The position numbers and the translations under genes were made by a program. From contig NC_043002.1 in NCBI RefSeq assembly GCF_006345805.1, positions 66,340,001-66,404,000 of the forward strand: DNA of 64,000 bases, in the 5' to 3' direction. The notes beneath the pieces are model-generated. The model did not search any database and was not told the DNA's origin. It saw only the letters and a list, made by a program, of their open reading frames with translations. Source of the stretch: Octopus sinensis (taxonomy: Eukaryota). Positions 1 through 11,203 of the stretch are shown piece by piece; position 1 is the first letter of the stretch; every line of letters starts with the position of its first letter.

Positions 1-565
1 ATACTAATGAATAAATTTGCCCATATATCAGTAAAGCTACTTTAGAATGTAGCTAACATTATAGCAGCAGTCACATACGTTAATTATAACGAACTAGTTT
101 TCCCGTATTCTTCAACAGTATGTTGAAGATTAAAATTCGACTGCAAAGACTAAGTAAATGTCGTTTTAGCAATTAATATTTTGTTGACTAATGTGACATA
201 GAACATGTTAGTTAGCATTTCCCTACTCAAGGCCAAGAGAAATGATGGAAAGAACATTTTAAGAAGGCCTATTTGGCTGATAATAAAATATATTTCCATT
301 GAGAAGAGATTTCAAATATATTCAGCAGCAATGTGAGAGATTTGTAAGCTGACTTTTAAACACAGTATGACAACTGGAGGCAAAAGTATGATGAATTTAC
401 TGTCTGCTTTAAAACAGAAAAGACAAGACTGAAGATTATTTCAGGTAAGCTGCTTCAGCTGTTCTTATGTTATAAAGAACACGGTTTTTATAAACTGACG
501 TCAAAATACACTTGTAACTATCTGAAGAAATAGTGTGTATGTGTATAGCACTGTTATTCTGTATA

Positions 566-736
566 TCGTTGATGGGAAATTTGGATGTTAGGCCACTGCA
601 GGACATCTGTCACTGAAGAACCCACGGCAGGGTGAAATCCCATGATCGGAGCCACAGCAGACGGCTCTCTTCTGTCAATGATACAATTATAAGTGCTTTA
701 ATGCACAACTAGTTCTTAGAGATTCTATCCAGGTAA
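566..736. mobile_element. 171-bp insertion with ~20-bp target-site duplication, carrying a hammerhead-like core
   Basis: Flanks ATAGCACTGTTATTCTGTATA (545-565) and ATAGCACAGTATTCTGTATA (737-756). Interior is GC-richer than background, with CTGAAGA-ACCC-acggca-GGGT-GAAA at 613-637. Confidence 0.55.
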
Positions 737-1913
737 ATAGCACAGTATTCTGTATACTAACACCCCACCATTCAGTTGGAGATTAAGATTACCTTTTAGC
801 ATTAATACCATTTCTGTTGCTATATATATATATTATGTAAGAATAAATAAAAGCATGTAAATATTGGTCTAAAAAATAAAAAACCCTCAGATGGCAAAGT
901 CAAAAACTGCCTGTGGGATTCAGACTCCTCTTTTTAACCCAGTGATCTACATGCTTTTATTTATAGCTTTATCTACTTCAGATTCTACCATTAAAAGCAA
1001 TTTATTTCATGTCTCTGTAGTTTCTAAAGTCTTCTGACATTGGCTTCTTCAAAGCATACTAAAAGCTAAACTGCTATTAAAACAAAACTGGAGGATAGGC
1101 TTAGTAGATTATATTTTTTAAAACTGCAAATAAAGTCCAGAGTAGAATGAATAACTTAGAAAGTGTAAGAGCAGTTACACCAATTACATAGGAACAATAA
1201 ATGATGATTTCAATTAGGTAATAAAAACTCTAGTCTTTATCACCTAATCTTTAAGATGCTAGGCCTTGAACTTACTATGTTAGCCTCAGTTTATGACTTC
1301 TATAAACCATATTGCTAACAAAAGTATACTATTGATACATTTCTTAAAGAATAGTGTACTCTGGACAACAATGTCCAATGTGTTCTTTATAAGATGGTAG
1401 AAGTTAGGCTGCTATTTCTAGCAAGTAAAACAGCCATATCAAGGCTCTCTCAGTGGCCTAGGAACACAAAGAGCTTTTACATGAAAATCAAACTATGAGG
1501 AAAATGCTTGATTCCTGAAATCTTTTGTTAACATTCTTGTAATAACCAGATTTCAGCTGAAATTTTAATAAAATTATAATACAGGTTGCCTTGAGCAGAT
1601 TATTACTGAAAGCAGTGTTGGCAAGACAGCCCCAAAGTCATTGCTCAGCCTTTAATTATTATCATTATTATAATAATAACTGAATTTCGTTTGACTAGCT
1701 TATTGTAAAATAGGACACACACTTTAATTGCTGCAGATATTTTTGCATCACTTCTTTTTTATAAAAAGAAACAGCAACTGATATTAAGGAAAGAAAAACA
1801 GCCCTATACTACACGTAACCTGATATAGTTTCTATAGTAAACTAAAAAAATAAAAATGATAGAAAAGAAAACAATTTTGGTTGTCGCTAACTGCTACTCT
1901 ACACTACACTCAC

Positions 1914-1992
1914 CTTGGACAGTTTGTGGTAATCAATTAAATCTGGCCGGTGCCGATGAATCAGTGCACAGAAGGCCAAACCATCTTTAAAG
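1914..1992 (-). CDS. ACTN: Alpha-actinin CH2 exon, variant b (mutually exclusive candidate), 79 bp, phase 2 to phase 0
   Basis: tttgtctttctacag|C TTT AAA GAT GGT TTG GCC TTC TGT GCA CTG ATT CAT CGG CAC CGG CCA GAT TTA ATT GAT TAC CAC AAA CTG TCC AAG|gtgagt = (S)[26 protein letters not shown]. Same length and phases as 2645-2567, intact frame, many synonymous differences. Confidence 0.95.
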
Positions 1993-2020
1993 CTGTAGAA
2001 AGACAAAGAAACATACAATA

Positions 2021-2056
2021 CATGCATTTTGATGAGTTGCTCAACGGAGAGTTAGC
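2021..2056 (-). promoter_or_regulatory. Candidate branch point (GCTAAC, 2056-2051) and RBFOX motif (TGCATG, 2026-2021) upstream of exon variant b
   Basis: Consensus motif matches lying about 30-60 nt upstream of the 1993 acceptor on the gene's sense strand. Confidence 0.45.
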
Positions 2057-2566
2057 ATTCCTGAACAGACAGACACCAGATATTAAACAGATAGAGAAGA
2101 AATAAAAAAAGAGAGTGTCAGGTAGTAAGGATTTAGCACCGTCACCAAAAGAAGCAAGTTCTGGCAGTTTTTTTTTCTTCTTCAAGAAAAACTTGATATA
2201 TTATTTTCTCTATATGTGTAAGTAAACAACAAAACTAGTGAAATTTCATTTCACTTCTGGCGTTTCTTGCCAGTGATATGTCAGACTGAGATAAAAATCT
2301 GAGGAAGAAGAATGATAGAAGTTAAAAAAGTATAGAGAAAATAAATATCTTTTTATTTCTCTTAATTATCATTTTCTTAATTCTATAAACTGCCAAAACT
2401 TGCTCAGTTAGATAGTGTTTGTGTGAGCAGCATAAATAAAGCACTGGTCAGACAACAAATATAGATGGGTGGCAACAAGTTGGACAACGTGAGGGTGACA
2501 AAACGGAGTTTATTGTTATCAACTCAACAGTGATAACTGGCAGAGAACTCTTTTAGATTGATTTAC

Positions 2567-2645
2567 CCTGGTGAGTTTGTAATAATCCAGCAGTTCTGGA
2601 CGATGTCTGTGGATCAGGGCACAGAATGCCAGACCATCCTTCCAG
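2567..2645 (-). CDS. ACTN: Alpha-actinin CH2 exon, variant a (mutually exclusive candidate), 79 bp, phase 2 to phase 0
   Basis: attacag|C TGG AAG GAT GGT...ACC AGG|gtaaat = (S)[26 protein letters not shown]. Also visible inside supplied ORF 2519..2752. Upstream intron 8,391 bp. Confidence 0.96.
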
Positions 2646-4654
2646 CTGTAATATGACAAATATACATTTATGCAATATTTATAAAACAATTTATAACAAT
2701 AAAAAAAACCCACACAAGTGGATAACAATGGTATAAAGAGTTTCTGGTTCAAAGTATTAAAATGAAATTCTGTCTTAAAATAAATCCTTTTTTTTTTTTT
2801 TTTTTTTTTTGGCAGTCAATCACACCAATTGCAGTGCTTGACCCTGCAACGATGAAAGGCAAATTAACCTCGGCATCATTTGAACTCGGAATGTAAGAAG
2901 GTAAAAAGCCGGAAGAAATGCTACTAAGCATCTGGTCCAGCATGCTAAAGATTCTGCCAAAAAAAAAAAAAAAAAAAAAAAAGAAAAAAAAAACTGAATG
3001 ACATACACTTAAATATACATGCTTCTGTCTTGGTAAATTGATCAGAATTATAACAAAAGCTGGTCATGAAGGCTAAAGGTCATATTAACAACAATAGTAT
3101 AAGCAAAATAAACTATTACAGGAAGAATAAACTGGTTACTAAAATGTGAAAGAAGGACTAACATCATTAAAATGATGTATATATTTCATATACTTTCAAG
3201 TATCTACATATATATACCGTTGCTATTATGCAAAGGTGTCGTAAGTCCAAAACATTGCTTTTTCAGAAAACGAGAAAATAGTTTCACCATTCCATAGCAA
3301 AATCGTTGTACTACATACACTTTTACAATTTTTGATGTCTTGGCATCTGAAGCAGCTGGAGATACGATGGTTTGACTAAAAGAACCAGCTTTGCAAGCAA
3401 ATATGAATTTTGGAAAAAAAAAGATAAAAAAAGAGCATCTGGCCACATTTGGACATACGACAGTTTAACATAATAGTAATAAATACATATATATATATAT
3501 ATACATACATACACACACACACACCAAATGGATGTGTTATAAAACTATTCTGCATATACAATAACAGCCGTACCAACAATCCAACATACCTCTATCATCA
3601 GCTTCCCCATGGATATCACTATGGTTTCGACACCTGGGCAGTACCATTCAATCTGGCAGTGTCAACAGCACTAAAATAAGAGTTGTTTGGGACAAACATA
3701 CCTCAGATATCACCACATTCATTCAATCTTAATTCTATATATATATATATATATATATATGTGTATATATAAAATATGTATACCATTTGCAACTCACTGC
3801 ATCTATAGAGCAATCATTAATAAAAGGATTTAGAGAGGTTATAAGGAGCTGACCAGTGGAAAATACTAGTTTAAAGTAAAGTACACATGACAAGGCGTTA
3901 CTATATAGAATGTCATTAGAGCTTTAACTAAAATCATTAGGATCTGCATATATTTGGAGGAGCAGATATTTATTTTTCATTTTTGTGCGTTTCTTCAACA
4001 TCAATATTTCTGCACTTAAATGAGAAAACTGTTTATTTTATTTTATTTTTTTTAGAGCAATTATTTTCCCAGCAGGATGTTTTTCCTGTGGGGAACCATT
4101 CAGATGATAAGTGTGTGTGCGTGTGGTGGGGGGTATTTGAAATAAGAGACACAAGCAACATTCTTTTCTACAGTAGGCACAAGGCCTGAAATTTTTTTGG
4201 GGGACGGTGGGGCTCAGACAGTAAAGACAGATGAAATACTGCTAAGCATTTCGCCCAGTGTGCTAACATTTCTGCCTGCTCACTGCCTTAATAATATTTT
4301 CTACTCTAGGCACAAGGCCCAAAATTTTTGAGGAGGGGCCAGTCGATTAGATTGATCCTAGTACGTAACTGGTACTTAATTTATCGACCCTGAAAGGATG
4401 AAAGGCAAAGTCGACCTCAGTGGAATTTGAACTCAGAATGTAAAGACAAATGAAATACTGCAAAGCATTTTACCCAGTATGCTAACATTTCTGCCAGCCC
4501 GCCGCCTTTCGACACAAGCAACATTAACTGAGTAATGTAAGAGACTATGATGATAGATAGAATAGTCTCTGGTGTTAAAAAATGTTATATAATGAAAGCT
4601 ATAAGACCTTTCAAATAGGGCATATTTGGAGAAGATAAGTACAAATGGATCTAA

Positions 4655-5095
4655 TTCTTTTCTTTTATTTGTTTGTCATTCTGACTGTGGCCATGCTAGA
4701 GCAGTGCCTTCAGTGGAGCAAATCGACCCCAGGACTTATGGTTTGTAAGCCCAGTACTCTTTCTATCGGTATCTTTTGCCAAACCGCTAAGTTACGGGGA
4801 TATAAATACACTGGCATCGGTTGTCAAGTGATGTTGGAGGGATAAACACAGACACACAAACATATATACACACACACACATATATATACATATATATATA
4901 TATATATGACGGGCTTCTTTACATATATACGACGGGCTTCTTTCAGTTTCCCTCTACCAAATCCATTCACAAGGTTTTGGTCAGCCCGAGGCCATAGTAG
5001 AAGATACTTGCCCAAGGTGCCACAGAGTGGGACTGAACCTGGAACCATGTGGTTGGTAAGCAAGCTACTTACCACACAGCCACCCCTGTGCCTAA
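4655..5095 (-). mobile_element. SINE family A (head GGCTGTGTGGTAAG..., internal TA/TG microsatellite, tail type 1)
   Basis: Same module order at ~18955-19260 (-), ~30960-31190 (-, partial), ~34612-35020 (+) and ~55340-55672 (-). Shared strings include ggcaccttgggcaagt, ggaaactgaaagaagcccgtc, ccccgtaacttagc and ggggtcgatttgctc. Confidence 0.85.
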
Positions 5096-8000
5096 CGATA
5101 AATTTTAAAAAATACCAAAAGTAAAAAAACAAAAACAAAAAAAAACCCCTTGTCCAAAAGAATCATTTAAAAAATTTCAGCTGTGACTCAAGAATATCAG
5201 CCAGACTGTCAGATGGTATATAGCACTGGTCACAATGCACACCTTTGCATTGCTGTAGCTTTTAGAGGATGCCAACCGGTTGGCTAGGTGGGCAGGCCAT
5301 TGTTCCCCACCCCCACCACTAGAATGGAAAACCAGTCTGTTGCAGAGTTATCTGTTTACAGCTGACTGAACTGGAGCAACATAAAAATGAAGTGGTTTGC
5401 TCAATTCCTGATCTAGGAATTGAATCTATGATCTTCCAATCTTGGTCGGCTCTAACAGATTGACTTAACACCACATGACAAAGTTTGATGGACACATCCA
5501 TCTCATCAGATACTATATAAATATAGCTTCTGAATTTTTATGGTTTATATTAATCCTCATGAAATAATTTCATTGATTGCATCTCCTGGACCTTAGCTGC
5601 ATGGACACTCTACATTACATTTCTCTGTATTAGATCACTTTGTAGAGTGTTAGCCGAGTCTGCAAAAGGAGCTTTCTGTGATAGCCACAAAGTTTTCTGA
5701 TTCCATATATTATTTAAATTGTACCTGTAATAGAATAATCTTGTTCTATTCATGAGATAAGATTTACACTTTTCAGTACACAATATCGAAGACATTATTG
5801 TACGATGGTAAAGACCAGCTTTAATCTGCTTTACTTGAGCAGATGTATTGTACTCAATGTACTTTAAAGTGACTACATAATAGAATGCTACAAAGTGATC
5901 CATGTACTCAGTTCACCATATATGCATATGGTTAGCATTTAATTGAAGTTTATTTTGAATGTGTTAACTTAGGACTTCTTAAAAGAAAAACTTCTAGACA
6001 GTTTGGCTTGAAGAGACATGTTGCTATATTAGCAGGCTAAAGAATTAATAAGGAAGTTCTCTTAGTGGTTATGCATTCTGTCACCACTGTGAATGTTTTT
6101 AGAATATAGAAGTGTTATAAGCAGATAGAGATATTGTGAAGAAAACATGTTATCAGACTATCTCACTCAATAACACATTTTTGGAGAGTATGGACAAACC
6201 TGAAACATAAGTGGAATTTTAAAATACATTTAAATTTAAATTCAATAAACTTCAATTTTCTTCGCCAATATGTTATGATTAATTTTCTCTACAATTAAAA
6301 AAAAGGTATGTATGTAAATGTATAAAAATCAATAAATTGATTACTTCTAGCATAAAAATCTAACCTTATTCATATGGTATTTGGTCTACCAAATATCATG
6401 GTGAACCACTTTCTATGGCTACACACAAAAAAATATGTGTATTATTATAAAAAAGGTCAAAATTATATAATACAGATTTACTGATGCATGTTTTTAAACT
6501 GGAAAAATAGTAACTCTAAAAGTCCCTTATCTGCTTGAAATAAATCAAATTGTCTACAGTCAGATATCTTATTTACAAAGTATAAGAAAAATATATTTGA
6601 ACTTTGATATAAAACTATTAACCTGTGATACGATGATAAGACTATCTACATACAAGATCACAATATTTTAATATGTCATTCTGAGTCAATAAAAAATAGA
6701 ATTCTGTTTTCCGTAGTTATTCTAAGATGGTCAGGATATAGCTGAAATTATTTCAACGACTGAAGACAACAGTTATATTTATAACCTTCCAATCATATGT
6801 TTCTATGTTAATAGCCCTGCTTGTATCTCATTCACATTCTGTTCCATTCATAATTCCTATTTACTTAGGAATTCCTGTTATTTTGCACTTATCCTTTTAG
6901 TTTATTCTAAACACATTTTTTTTTATTCACTCCGGCTGTTTTTTTTTGTTTTTTTTTTTTACTTTTTTAAATTTCTTTTTAACCCTGAGGGGGGAATAAA
7001 ATCTTTACATCTTTGTTACTCCCTGATCCACCAAAGACCTTCACAGGAATAAGTATCCTAACCCACATCATCTGGCTTTAGCAGCACTGATAACAGGAGC
7101 AAAAGGAAATATATTGAATGTAAAGGGTTGGATAGGGTGGCAGAGCGGTGGTGGTGGGAAGAAATATACTCTGAAGTGTTTCATGGGGTTACAGGCTCAT
7201 CTCAATCCATGGTTTAAAACTCCTTCCCCTTTCCTTCCCCTCCCAGTAGTTGGAAAGAACCTAGTGAGCAGGAAAATGTACAAATTAAGCAGTGGGAAAA
7301 GTAAATGAGTAAGATCCCCTCTGAGTCATTTATTGGCTATAAAAGGAGCCTGAAGGAGAGGAGCAGGACGGGGATGAGGATGACAGAGAGAAGGAATAAA
7401 GATGCAGTGAAAGCAGTAACAGGCCTCCTCCAATGGAACAACGGCAGCAGCAGCAGCAATTACATTATTGACAGCCGATGTGTTATAGGAAAGCAGTGAC
7501 AGAAATTAAAAATAGCAAGACTGCAAATTACTTGCTTTTAGCAGTCTCACTAAAATATATATATGTGTGTGTGTGTGAGAGAGATGGGATAAGAGCAGCA
7601 GGTAGTAGAGGCCAACATTTGTAAGTAAAATTTTTGAAGCCCCTATGAAAGCAGAAGTAATTAAATGCTACAACAGGAACTTCCCTATCACAATACTTCC
7701 TGCTGAAGAAAATCATTGTAGTAACAAGTAAATAACAAGTGAATCTGGCTTCCTTTTAGCTGTTTTCTATCCAATACGATGTACACTAGTAATTGCAATG
7801 GGAACTCAAACTGTTTTTAGAGCATAATCAGAGCATCATCTCCAGAGTCTTAATTTGAAAGTGAAATAGTTTTGTAAAGATTTCACAATCTTTTATACAA
7901 TGATACTACTGTAAGTATATCTAGATATGTAACCAAAACTCTAAGACAAAATTTTGACTCAATGGAATATGATGGTTAAATCTGTAGAAATCCCAATTTT

Positions 8001-8640
8001 AATATATTTTAATAAAACTGTTGTCTTTATTTTCATTTTCAACACTATCTTTGCTCATGACCCTCATCATTTTCTACAGCACTCATTCGCTACAATTAGC
8101 TTCTGTGTCTACATCTTCAAACCTAAATTCACTTCTTTGTTACTTCCACCCACATGTCTCATTCTAGAGAGCAAATGAAAGTACTTTCAAATTTCTCCAT
8201 TTTATAACTTTCTACATTTCAAAGTTATGGAAATAATTTTCAAAGCTTTTTCAGTAACTTTCTCCATTTCCCTTTCATAAAGTTATTTCACTATTTATTT
8301 ATGTATTCCAATCTTACCAATAGATGTCAAAGAAAGTTATTTCGCTAATGTTTTCGTTTCCCTTTCATATTTCAATAACTTTTCAGCCAAGTTATTTTAC
8401 TATTTATTTATTTTGACCTTTCTTATAAAATATCACAAATTTAGGCATTAATTCGTTTAAAGTGTGGAATTTTAACCTGTTGCTTCAAACTTTTTATATC
8501 AAACCATTAAAAAAAAAGTATTTGGCTTATGTTTAGATTTACAGTTGCTTTCTAGAATTTCTCTAATGTGAGTGCATTCACAAAAACAGGAAGTCCTTTT
8601 GCATGTGAGTGTATGTGTGCATGCTTGTGTGTGTATGTAT

Positions 8641-8647
<7 letters not shown>

Positions 8648-8695
<48 letters not shown>

Positions 8696-8705
8696 TATAT
8701 ATATT
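8648..8705 (+). repeat. (TA)n microsatellite
   Basis: Long TA run. Comparable TA/CA/TG runs at ~3735, ~18140, ~20044-20113, ~23780, ~24310, ~39425, ~44320, ~51866 and ~61812. Confidence 0.95.
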
Positions 8706-8954
8706 TAGTTAACATTTGAAGTGTATAACTATATATTTTGTATACATATTTTATGATTTTATTTACTCATAATTGTATCATAGTTGTACCAATGAAGATG
8801 TTACACTGATGCTCAAACTCTGGGCACACAGTTCCATATACAGAAACCGCTATAGGGTAATGAAAGTGACCACATAATTTCTGTTCTCTTGTCATTGACC
8901 AATTATTTGTGTGTGTGTGTGTGTGGGGGGGGGCGTCACATAAGAAGCACCTGT

Positions 8955-9190
8955 GCTGGCTCCACATGTAAATTACCCATGCTGGTGGCACATGAAAAGT
9001 ACCCATGCTGGTGTCAGATAAAAAGCAGCCAATGCATTCTGCAAAGTGGTTGGTGTTAGGAAGGGCATCCAGCCATAGAAACCATACCGAAACAGACAAC
9101 TGGAACGTAGTGTAGCCCACCAGCTTGCCAGCTCCTGTCAAACTGTCCAACCCATGCCACAATGGAAAACGGATGTTAAATGAATGGTAA
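8955..9190 (+). mobile_element. SINE/LINE-tail family C ending ccaacccatgccagcatggaaaa...gttaaatgatgat
   Basis: Recurrent module (gttggcattaggaagggcatccagcc, cctgtcaaaccgtccaacccatgcc) at ~21620-21975 (+) and in reverse at ~17560-17960, ~24800-25000, ~25170-25450, ~27630-27815, ~34000-34200, ~50640-50830 and ~54670-54830. Confidence 0.8.
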
Positions 9191-10771
9191 TGATGTTTGC
9201 ATTTGTAATTACATTTTCGCTGTTAATAAATTGAATCAACAACATTATATATTTTCAGAAAGTCAATCGGTAAAGGATTAACTGCTTCCATTATTGAATA
9301 CACATTACATCCGTTATTTTCAGAGCTAATACAGCCACTACAAGACAGTAGTTTTCTACATAATTAATACATAAATACATTCATATAACACTGGAATGAG
9401 ACTCATTATTTTTGTTTTTAAAAAGGACTTTCCTGTTTTGTTTTTTGAATTAGGTTTGCAAGATTCCTGATGTGAAGTCATTATTAGTTTGATGATTCAG
9501 AAGGGTCATTATGCCAATAGTAAACACATGCATTGGTTTTATTTCACTTCTTTATTATTTGTTTGTCAGTTTGTTAACTATTGAACTAATTAACTAAGTG
9601 ATTGTTTGATTTATTGTTTGGTTAATCGATCAACCATTTAGGTTTGTCAAAGTCTGTTCACTGCTATTCGTGACTTCGTCATGATATATCCTCTCTACTC
9701 CAAATCAGCTTCGAAAACAATCAAAATTTTATTTCTGCAAATTCTGAATCTTACATTAGAAACACAAAAGAAATCAATGACTGCTTTTTTTGAAAAATAA
9801 GGCATAATAAAAAAAAAGTTAGAGGAGGTGGGGGTTAAAGAAGCCTTGCTTAAATGAATACCCAAACCATACCCTACTGTCTTAAGAAAGGACACTTTAA
9901 ACACTGAGGTCCTATAACTGGCACTTCATTGGTTACGTTGATGACGGTTCCAGTTGATTTGAACAATGGAACAAGCTGCTCATTAAATTAATGTGCAGAT
10001 ATGTGTACCCTTAATGTAGCTCTCAAGGAGATTCAGTGTGACACAGAATGAAGCTGGTCCTTTGAAACACTGGTGCTACTCATTTTTGCCAGCTGAATGG
10101 ACTGGAGCAACATAAAAAAGTATCTTGCTCAAGGACACAATGTTCCAACAGGAATTGAACTCACGACCTTACAGCCATACAACCCAAGAAGATATGATTA
10201 TATATTACATAAACTAGGAAAATACTACCTAGAGAGCAATGCTTTATGTACTACTAATAATAGTGTCACCAGCCCCTTAATAATTTAGCATGCAACCCAA
10301 TTGGATAATTGTACAAACTGATTAATTGATAGTTATTTGATTTTATTCCAAAAGACAATATCTAAGTTGATCTAGAACAGGACTTGAACCTCAGACTTAT
10401 GAACTCGCCACCAGTATATAAAACATCTGGTACTCTTACTCTCTCACCAAACTTTAGTGAAGAAGACTGCTATGTAATAATAAACTGAAAATTGAAAATC
10501 TATTCAACACAGACTGAAATGGTTGATTGTAGACAAGCATGTATATGATTACAATACAAACTAAGAAGGCTTGTTTACTTTAGTTCAATCAACAACTGAA
10601 TATCTATTATGTAACTGCTGTTTAACTGATCAGTACAACAGACATATAATTTATTGATTTGAAGCTGCACTGATAATTTATATGTGATTCATTCGGTTTT
10701 TTTTTTTCCTTCTCCCTACTTCTCCAGCAGAAAAATGTCTGCCAGTGGAGATGAGAGAGTAATTTCCACAG

Positions 10772-10862
<91 letters not shown>
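10772..10862 (+). repeat. Compound microsatellite (AAC)n(AAT)n
   Basis: Uninterrupted AAC then AAT triplets, ~175 bp downstream (gene sense) of the 88-bp exon donor. Confidence 0.97.
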
Positions 10863-10863
<1 letters not shown>

Positions 10864-11035
10864 GATGATGTCAGCAATGATTTAGTCATAGGAATAAACA
10901 AAATATATTTACTGAAGGGTTACCAGCAATACTGACATTCATTAACTGAAATAGTGTCACCCAACTGGGACATTATCTTAATGAAGAAAATAATGAGGAT
11001 TGATAAACAGACTGATTAGCGGATTAATTTCCTTA

Positions 11036-11203
<168 letters not shown>

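Noticed and set aside
1956-2105. 49-codon + strand [20 protein letters not shown]...
   Set aside because: Antisense shadow overlapping exon variant b and its acceptor; no independent support.
10684-10935. Poly-Asn and poly-Leu ORFs
   Set aside because: Artefacts of the (AAC)n(AAT)n microsatellite.
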